Assembly (NCBI RefSeq): GCF_018350175.1
Contig: NC_058368.1
Span: 179,802,001 to 179,866,000 of the forward strand
Direction of reading: 5' to 3'
DNA: 64,000 bases
Source: Felis catus
Taxonomy: Eukaryota
The first letter of the stretch is position 1. Each line of letters opens with the position of its first letter. The translations under genes were made by a program, and so were the position numbers. The notes under the pieces were generated by a model that saw only the letters and a list, made by a program, of their open reading frames with translations, made no database searches and was not told the origin of the DNA. This document shows, piece by piece, positions 1 through 12,215 of the stretch.

Positions 1-769
1 GAGACTTGGATGTGTCTGGAGACTTCAGGAGTCGCAGTTGGCCTCTGATCCCATGGCCCTGTGAGAACTCTATATGCCTAGGTAGGAATTTTTTGAAGCT
101 GCCCCTATGTCTTGGGTTTGTGTCTTCTCATTTTGTCTCTTCTCTGCCCCCATTCCTCTGCTACTCTTCTTTAAAGACAAGTAGGGGGTGGTGTATTCTG
201 GGTTGCTATCGGTTTGCTTCTGGAGGATGGGGTGCGTGTGACAGCTTGGGCAAGGCACGGAGCCCAGGCTGTTTGTGTCACACTCCGTTCCCAGTGACAA
301 ACACTGCTGCTCGCCTCCCTGTCCAAATCTAATAGCACGTATGTTCTCCCAGTTCCGTGCTGTTGCTCAGGAAACGGAAGCAGCAGCATGATCTAGAGTA
401 GGATTATGGCTTAGTCAACCTTAAAGCCTCGCAGCGCTTCTGGCAACTTCTGGCAGGAAAAGCCTATCTGCTCCCACTGCCCAGGGAGAGGTTTGTGATA
501 GACAGGTTCCTCTCCGTACTGGGAAGGTTTGCCTCCTGAAGTTAGAAAATATGTGTCTGCCCACAGCTCACATTGGGGCAATGTAGTTCTCAAACTCTAG
601 GATCTCAGCCAAATCCCAGCCTTGCTGCTCACGAGATAAGGCACATGAGATAAGTGCTTATTAAGCACAAGCTGTTATCATAGCCCCTTCAATGGCTCTC
701 CTCTTCCTCCCTGGGTGGACTGGCTGTCCTGGAGTTTCCCAGTTGCTAGACCTTAGTGCTGCTCTCCAG

Positions 770-910
770 ATTAAGTTCCTGGCTCAGAGGCTTACCAGCT
801 GGATGATTGGTCATGTTCTTCACCTTTCTGATCCTCCCGTTGGTTATTCATAAAAGAAGAATAATTATGCCTATGTCCCAGCCGGTTTTGAGGATAAATA
901 AAATAGCACT
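770..910 (+). mobile_element. MIR SINE remnant
   Basis: Degenerate MIR core (ttcacctttctgatcctc...ataaaagaagaataattatgcctatgtcccag...ttttgaggataaataaaata). Ends approximate. Confidence 0.55.
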
Positions 911-1515
911 CATGAGGCCCATAGCTCAGGACACACCCAATGTGGCCTTCTGGCAGAATCTAATTCTCCAAATTCAGGATATAAATGTTTCCACTGGGGA
1001 GAAAAAAAAAACAATTCTTTCCCTTTCCCTGGATTCAGTCCTTGGTCCCTTTCTGAAAATGCACCTGCCCCTTGTATACCTGCTCCCCTCTGTCTGAGGA
1101 GATGGGTGAAGCACAGGTGAAAACCCAACCTCTGGCTCCCTTAGACACACACTGACACACTCACCCAACTTTTCTATCCCTGCTAGCACATTGCAGAGAA
1201 GGCCTTTAATATGGTGGGGGAGCCCAAGAGTTTGGGGCACAGGAGGCAGGGTGAAGATTCTAGGAGACATCCGTGGGAGAAGGTAGCTAGGAGTAGGATG
1301 GAAAGAGAACAGAAGGTAGGAATGAGGAGGAGGAGACAGAGAGAGAGAAGAGATTTCCCAGTGAGCTTAGAAGCCCCCTAGTTTCCTAGAAGGCTTTGGG
1401 GAATTTACCATAGCTTCTTGTCACTGCCAACGGCCTCCTACCCAGAGGTCTAGAGCTGTCCCTAAAGAATACTAAGGACCTGTGAAAACCTTTAGTCTTA
1501 TAGTCATTCTTCTTT

Positions 1516-1719
1516 TTAAAAAGTGTTTTTAATGTTTTATTTTTGAGAGAGGGAGAGCATGAATGTGGGAGGGGTAAAGAGAGAGGGAAACACAAAATCC
1601 AAAGTAGGCTCCAGGTACTGAGCTGTCAGAGCCTGACACAGGGCTCAAACTCACAGACTGCAAGATCATGACCTAAGCTGAAGTGGGACACTGAACCGAC
1701 TGAGCCACCCAGGTGCCTC
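1516..1719 (-). mobile_element. Can-SINE (feliform SINEC, intermediate age)
   Basis: Reverse-complement head ...gactgagccacccaggtgcctc, (GA) tract and T-rich tail. TSD atagtcattcttcttt 1500-1515 / ataatcattcttcttt 1720-1735. Confidence 0.95.
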
Positions 1720-2162
1720 ATAATCATTCTTCTTTAAATGAAAATTCCACTGCCTCCAGTTTTTAATAGAACCCTAATATAACACAACCTTTTTTTTTTT
1801 TTTACAAAGAACAAACCATTTTCTTATAATAATGGAGGAAATGAAACCCCAAGTCCATCTCTGACAAGAGACTCACTGCTGTAGATACCAACATGTGGAC
1901 CTCATGGAAGAACTCACACTAAAGCCTTCTTTGGTTCTCAGGACCTTCTTTGGTGTGCTTGCATTATACACCTGTGTGTATCTGGACACTCATGCAACTC
2001 CTCACCATAAGATGGCCATCCAGAGTGATAAAAATGTGGCTGGTGTGACAATAAATAAATTGATTAGGAAGTTTTCAGGAACTCACAGAGAGTATGCTCA
2101 GATAATGGAAGTCAGAGCTTTCATTTTCGTAGGCCCCTTCATATAGCCAGAGAATATCATTT

Positions 2163-2194
2163 AAAAAATTTTTTTTAATTTTTTTTATTACTGA

Positions 2195-2238
<44 letters not shown>

Positions 2239-2406
2239 GTGAGTGGGGGAGGGGCACAGAGAGCGAGAGGGAGACACAGAATCTGAAGCAGACTCCAGGC
2301 TCCAAGCTGTCAGCACAGAGCCCGACACAGGACTCAAACTCAAGAACCGTGAGATCATGACCTGAGCCAAAGTCGGACACCAACTGACTGAGCCACTCAG
2401 GCTCCC
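2163..2406 (-). mobile_element. Can-SINE containing a (CA)19 microsatellite
   Basis: SINE body gaatctgaagcagactccagg...gagatcatgacctgagcc...actgagccactcaggctccc. (CA)19 at 2197-2234. Degenerate TSD agagaatatcattt / agggaacatcattt. Confidence 0.95.
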
Positions 2407-3530
2407 AGGGAACATCATTTTAGACTGGGCGTCTCTAGAAGTACAAATGCTACAGTGCTTTCACTAAGAAGCACATTTTTGCTTACTACCTGTTCATCGT
2501 TTGCTCATTTTCTTGTGGAGCAAGGCAGAGCTTTAAGCTTGGATGGGGTGTGTTTCCTCTTGGTGAGTTTCTGTGTTTAAGCACAGAGCACATACTCTAT
2601 TGTCTACTTGTCATGGCTCTTGTTCCCTTCGGGAGGGGAGTTAGGGCATGTGCCAGAGAATTTTGTCTCCTTTACACACCCTATGTTTCATCTAAAACAG
2701 TGACAGTTCTGAAACCACTTCCTGCATCTTCCTGTTACCCCAGACACATTTTGTCCAATAGGATACCCTTAGCTGCAAGAAACATTAATCTCTGACTCGT
2801 AGAACTGATCAACCTTTCATTATTTTCAGTGGCAGGATTGTGTTTGTACAAGGAAAATATAAGAAATACATAGTGTATGTAAACACAGTCTGCAAACATC
2901 AGTTTATATAACAATTTCTCGCTCATTCCCACTTTCCACAAAAGCTAAACCTCACACACTGCTGGGGCTGTGTCCATGCTCCTGGGTGTTTAAATGGTGC
3001 CCACATAAAGAAGGAGGTGATGGGCATCTAGTTCAGAGCATTTAAGTCTGGCTACCTGGGAACCCAATAAGACAACCCCCTCTTTACATCCACCTTCCTT
3101 CTTCCCTGCAATTCTGCCCAGCACAGGAAATTATTCTTCTACTTCCTTGCCCCTCAGAAGCTCTGGGAAACTCTCAAAGACTGTCTCCCCTTCAAGACTG
3201 CTAATTGCCACCATGAATCCATTCTTCTGTAATGCCCCCGCACCAGGACAGAGCGAAGGTAATTCTGAGAGGCTTTGTCCCCTCACTTGGCTCCACCTGG
3301 CACAGTTGGTCTCCTCAGACCTCAGCTTCTATCATTCTTCATCCCATCCACGTCCAGTCCTGCTGCTTGGCAGAGAAAGGTTAAGAAAGGGGTCTCTACC
3401 ATGTGCCCATCTGTGTCTCAACTCCCTTCACAATCCTTTTCAATATTTTTCCCAACTGGAGAAATCTTTGGATCAGAGAATTTACTAATTCTGACTAATC
3501 CAGTATACCCCAAGTACTTAGTGCTCAGAT

Positions 3531-3690
3531 CAGCACTGTCCAACCGAATTCTCTATTATGATGGAAATGTTCATTATGGTAGCCACAGCTACATGTGACT
3601 GGTATGACCAATGAACTGAACGTTTAATTTTAATTGACGTAAATTCACATAACCACATGTGGCTAGTGGCTGTCCTGTTGCACAGCACAG
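3531..3690. mobile_element. MER3-like hAT-Charlie MITE
   Basis: Termini cagcactgtccaa ... ttgcacagcacag, internal gccacatgtggctagtggct motifs. Flanks gctcagat / gtctagat resemble the 8-bp hAT target. Confidence 0.8.
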
Positions 3691-4559
3691 GTCTAGATTT
3701 TTCAAACTTAAAAGCCAAGAGTTAATTTCTTTGTTCTCTATGTTGTATAGGACAATCCATCCCTAAGGCAAAGGTAGAATATATCCTGTGTGCTTGGGTA
3801 CAAGAAAGCGTATGGGTATTGGTGGGTGTGGTGTGGAACATTATCAGTTATCACTTCAAAATACTATCCCCCCATAAATAAATAAAAAGCCATGCCATAC
3901 TTGTTCAGTCAGTGGGAAACCCAGAATCTGCCCATTGCCCATCCCTTAAACCTTATAGAAGATACTGAGGGACCTCTGAAGGATCACAGAGATTCTTGGA
4001 ACTTGCTTTGGAAACCACTGAGCTAGCTTATATTTGAAATCCAGTATGGTTCTGACATTTTAAAGATGTAGACTTGTTTTGATGAGGAAGTCATGCCTTC
4101 AAAGGGGTGGTGACTTACCTTAAGGTACACAGTAATTCTTTCAGGAAAGATCTGAAAGACAAGTCTGCCACACCTTATCAGAACTCTTTCCCCTGCATTT
4201 TGTGGCTTTCTACAAGATATTAACCTGGATGCTAGACTTTTCCATCTCCCCTGAAGGTACTTATTTCTTGGAGAAAGGGACCAGTCTCTTCCTCTAGCAC
4301 TGTGAATGACAGGGCTTCTACCTGTCATCAATGGGGAGAACAAACTCATTATGCTGGCACTACAGGATGTGAGGCTAGCCCTCAGGCCAAACAGTTCCCA
4401 CAACCACTGCCCTGTCTTCTCTAACCTTCTCTTTCCCTATAAACAAGTAGCAACCCATTATTTCCCATCCTGCATTTGAAAATGCAAAGGACCTCCCTCC
4501 TTAATTCTTTTACCTATGGAGAGAACTCTGTGTTTAAATTGAATTAATTGGGCTGCTCT

Positions 4560-4930
4560 AGCAAGTGAATTCAATATAATGTATAATGACCCAAATTGAT
4601 TGAGATTTATTTCTCTTACATAAAGCCCAGAATGCGTTTTCCATGCATGAGTGGCTTGGTCCCAAGTAATGACTAAGAGAGACCCAAACTCCTTCATGAA
4701 TCTCTGGAACCTCCAATAGGATGACACCTAGGTTCAAGGCTAGGCTTGTCTGCAGCTAGGAGGATCAAGTCAGGGAGATTTAACAGTCCAGACCAGTCTC
4801 AATTCCTTTTCTCATTTCCTTGGCCAGAACTCAGTTACATGATCAGGCCTAACTGCAAAGGAGGCTAGGAAATGTAGTCTAGATACATGCCAGGAAGACA
4901 AAGAAATGGATTTGTCCAACAGCTAACCAT
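4560..4930 (-). mobile_element. MLT1-type ERVL-MaLR LTR remnant
   Basis: ttggccagaactcagttacatgatcaggcctaactgcaaaggaggctaggaaatgtagtct is the reverse complement of the characteristic MLT1 motif. Ends approximate. Confidence 0.75.
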
Positions 4931-4959
4931 TCTCTTCCACCCTTCTAAGCCATAGAACC

Positions 4960-5152
4960 CTTTATATGCAAAAAGCCAAATAGGAAATATTTTCAGCTTT
5001 ACAGGCCATACTGTCCACTTCTGCACTGCAGTATAAAAGTAGCCATAGACAATATGTGAACAAAATGGCATGACTGTGTTCCAATAAAACTTTATTACAC
5101 AAATAGGCAGTGGGCCAGATTTGGCCTAAGGACTGTAGCCTGCCAGTCTCTT
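4960..5152 (+). mobile_element. MER58A-like hAT-Charlie MITE
   Basis: aaatattttcagctttacaggccata...agccatagacaatatg...tgtgttccaataaaactttatt...gggccagatttggcc. Confidence 0.85.
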
Positions 5153-5410
5153 TTCTGGACCAGGGAACATGCGTATTCCTAAACAAAACACAGAACAGGA
5201 ACATTTTAGACTATTTTCAAAGAACTGAAAAAAAGTATGTGTATTTTCTGTGGATGCTGGAGGCAGCAAAAGCAAATGGATTATGAGGCTATAGGAGGTG
5301 TCGGGGGACTTATTTAATTAGTCCTTTATAAAAGTGGAATATTTTCAGCTACGCTTCGAAGGAAAGGCATGATAGCTATGAAAAGAATATTTATTAAAAA
5401 TGTAGATTTC

Positions 5411-5632
5411 GGGGCGCCTGGGTGGCGCAGTCGGTTGAGCGTCCGACTTCAGCCAGGTCACGATCTCGCGGTCCGTGGGTTCGAGCCCCGCGTCGGGCTC
5501 TGGGCTGATGGCTCAGAGCCTGGAGCCTGTTTCCGATTCTGTGTCTCCCTCTCTCTCTCTGCCCTTCCCCTGTTCATGCTCTGTCTCTCTCTGTCCCAAA
5601 AATAAATAAATGTTGAAAAAAAAATTAAAAAA
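5411..5632 (+). mobile_element. Young feline SINE (SINEC_Fc type), inserted in a MER5-like remnant
   Basis: Full ggggcgcctgggtggcgcagtcggtt head with CpGs intact, CT tract and A tail. Perfect 15-bp TSD aaaaatgtagatttc (5396-5410, 5633-5647). Flanks continue as MER5-like (gggcccaggaatctgcattttt). Confidence 0.98.
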
Positions 5633-7199
5633 AAAAATGTAGATTTCAGGATTCCACCCTCAGTATTTTGGGACAGGGCCCAGGAATCTGCATTTTTGGC
5701 ATGCTCTCCAGCTTGTTTTAAGCAAATGGTAGAGGTGGTAGGTGATCACAATTTGCTGAAAACTGCTAAGCCATTAGTTTTTCTGATTCTCATGGATGTA
5801 GCAGTTATGACATAACTATGGGCCTTCTGAGTACATAGGAAATAAGATGCAAGGCATAGACAAATTCACTAATCTAGATAAACCTAATCCCCTTTTCCTT
5901 CAAGGAAGCTATGGAATGTATGGGAGTGGGAGTGATCCTACAGGTCTTTCTAGTTTAATTTTTTTAACTGAATTAGCTTGGGACAGTAATTAGCGACAAA
6001 TTGCATATGGCACAACCCACAATTGGTTGTGAAGCAAGGAATAGAATCAAGACTTCCAATGAGACTGTGACTGGCAGGCAATGTTGTTTCATTTAGGCAG
6101 TCCACCACTTGCATCCCCTCCTCTGAAAAATGGCAGCTCCCAGATCTGAGAAGGACCAGTGTTTGCACTGGTGAGAGAGTCACAGTCGTAGGGAATGAGT
6201 TGACACAGTTGGGTGATTCTGATTCTTAACACAGTATCCCTTCCCTTTCCCTCTCCATGATGCAGCTCAAAGTTCTGTGAAACAACCCTGGCCAGCACTT
6301 CCCCTCCTATCACCCAGCAGCCCAGAGTAGGAGGAGGCAAATCGGCCTGGGAGAATCAGCAGAGGCTAGGTGTCAAGGCTGGGTGCCAGTGGACACCCAG
6401 CAGAGAGAGGCAAAAATTCGCTCTCTGCAACTTTGAGGAAGTCACCGCAAGAGTGCCCAGGAAAAGGAGTCCCTTATGCCAGCCTGTGTGTTCATGTTGC
6501 AAAGATGTAGTTGCAATAGAAGGAAAAAGAAAACTGCCTTCTATAATACTGTATGTTAATTATACTTAAAAAGAAAAACAAAAGACAAGTTAAAAACAAA
6601 ACAAAAACACTGTGTAGGCCAAAAAAACAAAACAAACAAACACATAAAAAAAAGAAACATAAGTGCCATCGAGCCCTCCCCTTTCCCCTGGATCAGCAGT
6701 CACACACCTCAGAATGGGTGGAGATGTTTTCAGTCCCTTGGCAAGAAGACTGCCCTGCGCACAGGAGTGAAGAGCAAATCAATATGTGTGTTTGCACAGT
6801 TCAGCGCCCAACTCAGAGATAAGAAGAGGGAGAAAGATAAATCACTGTAAGGTTTCTTTCTCTAGTAGAGGATGGGAGTGCTGCACTCAGATCTGATTTC
6901 TAGGCACAGAAATTTGCCCTTAAGTGACGTTTCCCACCCCATCCCTCCAGGGCGAGGCCTGGCAGCCCCCTGTCAGCTGTTTGTCTGTAATCAAGGGTTA
7001 CCGACTGAACCTGTATCTTCAGCTCATCAGCTTGGCTGTGCCCTGGGGTCAGGGTGGTACTCTAGCACTGAGCAACCCCATCTCCCTGGGAAAGGCAGCT
7101 TTCATTTTTATTTTAGTGCCCTTTGTAGCAGCCCTCTGATGACTTTGATAAAATGCATACATTCAGAAAATTCAAGGTGGAAGGCACCTTGCCTTGGTT

Positions 7200-7360
7200 C
7201 ACTCCCTGATTTCCATGTAAATAGGAATCACCTTGGGAGCTTGTCAAATTGTGGTTTATGGTGCACCCATCTCCCAGAGATTCTGACTCAATAGTGACTG
7301 AGGTGAGGCCTGAGAACTTGGATTTATATAAGCTTTCCAGGTAATTCTAATACAGATGGT
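7200..7360. mobile_element. MER5A-like hAT-Charlie MITE
   Basis: gaatcaccttgggagcttgtc...cccagagattctgactcaatag...gtgaggcctgagaacttggattt...ccaggtaattcta. Confidence 0.75.
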
Positions 7361-8360
7361 ATAAATGATGCTGGTAATTCTGGGACAAATGGTGTAAGTG
7401 GGAGACATAAAGGACTGGGGAGGAGAGGGAGGGTTTGGGGGAGTTTTGGTTTGTTTGTTTGCTTTTGAATTGGTTTTTGGAGATTTAGAACCATAACCTC
7501 ACTCAACAGTGAAACCTAGCAATCTTATCAGCCTTGCATTCAAAAACTTTGTTTTGTCCGACTGGAATTTTTCTCCAGCTTAAGCCCTTTTTTCTTTCTT
7601 TGATCCTCATTGGCTCCAGATTGCTTCTCTGACTTCTCCCCATATAAGCAAATAAACGAAATAAAACTTGGGAGCTGCTTGAAGACACTAAGGCTTTTCT
7701 TAGGCTTTTCTTTCTCTTACTTTCTTCTTTTCCTTATAGACAAAATTCTTCTAGGACTGCCTCCTAGGACCAATTATCTATGCCACTTCTTCCATGCTTC
7801 CTAGTTACTGCTGTAGTACATGGCTTTGAGGTCAACCAGGAAATTTGGCCCCATTGCCATGTAGAGGCTTATGGGAAGCATTCAATGGACTCTGAGGGGC
7901 TGGCTGCAGATGGTATGTAGTTTGGCCCGCCCTTTCCACCATGCTGCAAGCGAGGGCTGGCATAAGTGTTATGAACACCCCCCAAGGTAACTGCTTTCCT
8001 TTCCTTAAAAGCTTTTTGTGAGAGCCTCCAGCATTGCTGGGTCTATGCCTTTCCAGCCCCATTTCATGCCATAGCTCTTCTTGGCTCACTCCTTGACTTT
8101 TCTGTGTTGGGGACCCTCAGTGCCTGGGGTGAGCTGGGTTATTAGGGAAGAACAAAAGGGAATGTTCCAGAAGAGTCTGGAATGGGGGGAGGGGTGGGCA
8201 AAGAGGAATCACAGATGATCATGAAGCACCTGATCTACTGACCTCAAGGTAAAGACTACAGGTACCTCTAACTCTAATTAAGGCCCTACTGTATATGCCA
8301 TATATTTGCATGACTTTTCCAAGGCAAGATTAATTGACCTGCAGATCCACAATGACTTTT

Positions 8361-8570
8361 TTTTTTTCAACGTTTATTTATTTTTGGGACAGAGAGAGAC
8401 AGAGCATGAACGGGGGAGGGGCAGAGAGAGAGGGAGACACAGAATCGGAAACAGGCTCCAGGCTCTGAGCCATCAGCCCAGAGCCCGACGCGGGGCTCGA
8501 ACTCACGGACCGCGAGATCGTGACCTGGCTGAAGCCGGACGCTTAACCGACTGCGCCACCCAGGCGCCCC
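8361..8570 (-). mobile_element. Young feline SINE (SINEC_Fc type)
   Basis: Ends ...cttaaccgactgcgccacccaggcgcccc with CpGs intact. Perfect TSD cacaatgactttt (8348-8360, 8571-8583). Confidence 0.98.
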
Positions 8571-8779
8571 CACAATGACTTTTAAAGGTAGATTGCAGGT
8601 CTAGTCCCAGAAGGTGCAGAGTTTACTGGAAAATTTAAAGAAGTTGCCATCAAGCAGTGATAGTTTACATCACAAGGGATGACAGAGTGTGGTGACATGT
8701 GAGCCATGTGACCTCAGAGAGCTCACTTTACGCTCTCTAGACATTAGTAGGTATATATGGAAAAATGATTCCATCAACA

Positions 8780-8930
8780 ATAAGTAATGTTTATGGAGCA
8801 TTTACTACATTCTTAACATTGTATTACGTGCTTTATATAATATTTAATTGAAAAATCATACTAACCCTATGTGGTATATACTATTCTTTGTCCCATTTCA
8901 CAGATGAAAAAATGGAGGTATAGAGAAAGC
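8780..8930 (-). mobile_element. MIR SINE
   Basis: atgtttatggagcatttactacat...aaccctatgtggta...cccatttcacagatgaaaaaatggagg. Confidence 0.8.
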
Positions 8931-9860
8931 CAGAATCTGTGTGACTAGCAACATGCTCTTAACACTGTGCTGACATCAATCTCCTGTTTTATTGTGGACT
9001 GAATGAGGTGTGTATGAGGAGTTTAGTGCAGTTCATAGCAGATAGCACTCAACAAATGATAACTACACATACTATGTATGTTTAATGGATGGGTCCATCC
9101 CAAATGATGTGATTTCTCAATTTATAGGAGTAGATGCGCTTAATGAAGAATGAGGATATTATGTTTTGCTAACCTTGCACATTATCATACCCTCTCCTAG
9201 GAAGGCTTTCTGGATCCCCAAAAGTCACTTCTCCCACAGTCAGCATGATGCCTTAGTTGCTAGATTTCCCCCATGAGCCTGTCTTGATTTCTGCAGCAGA
9301 AATGTTGCCATTTGGGCGCACCTGTTTCTGTATTAGACTAAGCTTCTTGGTGCAGTGACTGTATTTATTGTTCCATACCACCAGGACTCAGTCAGGAGAC
9401 TCTCTTTTGCTGACTGGCTGGTATGTCTTATTTAATGCTTAACAAGAGACTTGGGGATTTGTCTTAGAGCCTAGGAGCGGGATAGTTGAACCATAACCAT
9501 GGGACATCAGCTACTCCAAACCTTGTGAAAACAGTTGCTGATTTGCTGGCTTTCCTGGTTGGCTGCTGGGGGTCACTGGCCCCTGTGAGGCAAATGAAGG
9601 GCACTTGGCCAAGAGGAAGAAAAGAAGAAAGGCAGAAGATGAAACAGGAAGAGCAGGGGAGAGAAAAACAAAAGAGCATAGAAAGTAATGTTTGCATAGA
9701 AGTCTAAAATTTTTAAACTGAAAAATCCTTAGAGGGTGCCTATTCCAATTTCTTAATTTTATCAAAAAGGTTGGAAGGCTGTAGACAGGTTATTACATAA
9801 AGTTACACAGCTATGGATTATGTATCACTTTTGGACAATCCTAGCAGAAACCATTCTTGC

Positions 9861-9862
<2 letters not shown>

Positions 9863-9908
<46 letters not shown>
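9863..9908. repeat. (GT)23 microsatellite
   Basis: Perfect dinucleotide run read directly. Confidence 0.98.
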
Positions 9909-9911
<3 letters not shown>

Positions 9912-11029
9912 AGCATGCATATTGCCAGACTCTGGCTTCTGGGACCCCATTGCTCACTGGCTCCTGAAACTCAGAATTCCAGCGTTCTTTTGCAGATGTA
10001 CCCACAGCCTTTAAATGCACACCTGCAGGAGTTCTCCCACTGGATTCTGGGTCACCAGGAAACATGCCCTGAACCTGCCCTTATAGCAGGAGCATTCCAT
10101 CTTGCTCATAAGAACAGCTGCTAAGAAGGGGCAGGTAGTGGTAGTTGCCATGACAAGGAGGGTGGCCAGAGCTGCTCCTGTTTTATCCTTTCATAATACA
10201 TAGAAAATCTGCACTGGGCCAAATCTATCTGTCAAGGGTGTTGCTTTGTTCTCATTTGGTTAGGTGGTGTGCAGTTTATTTTTGCATGGATATGCGGCCC
10301 CCCTCAATAACTAGGTTTTACTTTTTGCCCTTTTGGCAGTTTTGTTCTGTAGCCTACAAAGTCATTGCAGCCTTGTGAGGTTGCTTCTTAATCCTCCTGT
10401 GAACAAGGCTTCCCCTTCTCTGCCCTGTTCCCCATCCTTCCCTGCAGCCCCATGTACAGAGAAAGCTGTTGCCAGCTCAGAGAAGCAAAGGGAAGCATTT
10501 GTGGCTACGTGAGGGAAGCTAGCTTGACATGAGTCTCGACCTGCCCCTTTTTGTTGACCTGTTTTAGACTTCGCAAAGCCACAACTGTTCCTGTTCTTTC
10601 TCTTCCAGACCCCATCTCCCCAGCCTCCCGCCCCCACCAATACTTCAGATTTCTTGGCTCTCACCAAATTTATACTGACTTACCATTCCATGTCTTTAGA
10701 TATCCAGGCCCTCAGCAATTTGGGCTCAGCAAATTCACTAGATACAGCAAGAGAGAGTATGAGAGAGAGACTATGTGTAATATATAATGGCCAGCCATAC
10801 TTCCAGAGAAAACGACCTTGAGTTTCTCAGGCCTTGTGTACGATGTCAGAGACTATAGTCAGTTCGTGTGTGTGTGGTAAATCTTTAGAACATCAAAAGT
10901 AAAAGAACATTACTGTCCTTCCTTCCTTTCTAAAAAGAACATTCTCTGTACTCTAAGCCCCAATGGCAAGCAGGAGTCTAGATTTTTGTGTGGCATCTTA
11001 TAAGTCTTTTGTTCTTTTCCCTTATCTCC

Positions 11030-11310
11030 TCAGTGCAAAAACTAGCACATGCTGGGCCCGTAGCATGAACAAGACAGGTAGAGCTTCTCTTCCCAGGGAT
11101 CTGACAGTCTAGGGGCAGCAGGCAAGCGCAGGTAAGCAAATACATACGTGAGATGCTTTGGAATAAGTGGCATGAAGTCATAGAAAAGGAAAACGTGCAG
11201 AGGAGACAGGATGCATGCAACTTTATATTTGGAGGCCTGGTGAGGACTCTCTGAGGGGTGGACACTTGGGCAGAGACCTGAATGAGTAGAAGGAGTCAGT
11301 CTTGCTCAAA
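11030..11310 (-). mobile_element. L2 LINE 3' remnant
   Basis: tgaacaagacagg...ctgacagtctagggg...ctctctgaggggtggacacttgggcagagacctgaatgagtagaaggagtcag. Confidence 0.75.
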
Positions 11311-11999
11311 AAATGTCCATCAACCCAGGAACTGCTTCAGGCCCTGACTGCCCTGAACTGCCTGTATAGCCCGGGTTCAATTCTAGGTGGGTCTTTGCCT
11401 CAGTATGGGCTTAGGGAGGGGTCAAGCAGCCGCTGAACACAGAGTAACCCAATCTTGGCGACATGTTGGCCCTTTGAAAAATGAAACCTGTGTTCAGGTC
11501 CCCCAGAGCACAGGGATTTCAGTTTTAAAGAGATGCCCCTGCCTGTATCCCATTTTGCAAAATTTCAGCTTCTCCTGGAAGAGGGCTTCCTGCCTTGGAT
11601 CCTGGAGGCCCTGGTATGCTTACCTCCTGAGGATACCGGCTCTCTGAGTATCGTTGGACACGGAATCTGGGCAGTAAGCTCACAGGATAGTAGGGTGGAA
11701 ATAGAGGCCCCAGATGTTGTGTGCAAGTGGGTGATGAAAAGTGTGTGGGAGGTGGGGACCAGTTACAGGGCTGGTTAGTGTTCAGATTTGTGGGCTGCTG
11801 CTCGAATTATGACATCACAGAAGGATGGGACAAGTTGTGAATCCAGCAGCATGAACATGGCTTTTCCTCTCCTTAGTTCCCCATGTAGCTGGCAAAAATT
11901 CTCTTAAACACAAGATGAAGCAATGCAGCCTTGCAGGGGGGTGTGGGGGAGGACGGGACCCCTGTTGATAGCTCACATTTTTGGCACCTGCTGTGCGCT

Positions 12000-12215
12000 C
12001 AACACTGGGGTAGGCAGTGGACATGCATTACTTGCCTTAACCCTCTCAATATTTGACACAGTAGGTCATAGTACTCGTCTCATTTTATAGATGCAGAAAG
12101 TGAGACTCACAGAGGTTAAGTAACTTGCCCAAAGTCATCCCAGTCGGATTCAATGGCCAGGATTTAACTCAGGCCTGATTTAAGAGTTTGTATCTCTCTA
12201 TCCTTCACCATAGTG
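12000..12215 (-). mobile_element. MIR SINE
   Basis: ctcattttatagatgcagaaagtgagactcacagaggttaagtaacttgcccaaagtcat...ccaggatttaactcagg. Confidence 0.85.

Noticed and set aside
5369..5605. Recurrent ORF peptide GAPGWRSRLSVRLQPGHDLAVR... (also 8367-8573, 49427-49654 and antisense versions)
   Set aside because: It is simply the translation of the young feline SINE, not a gene family.
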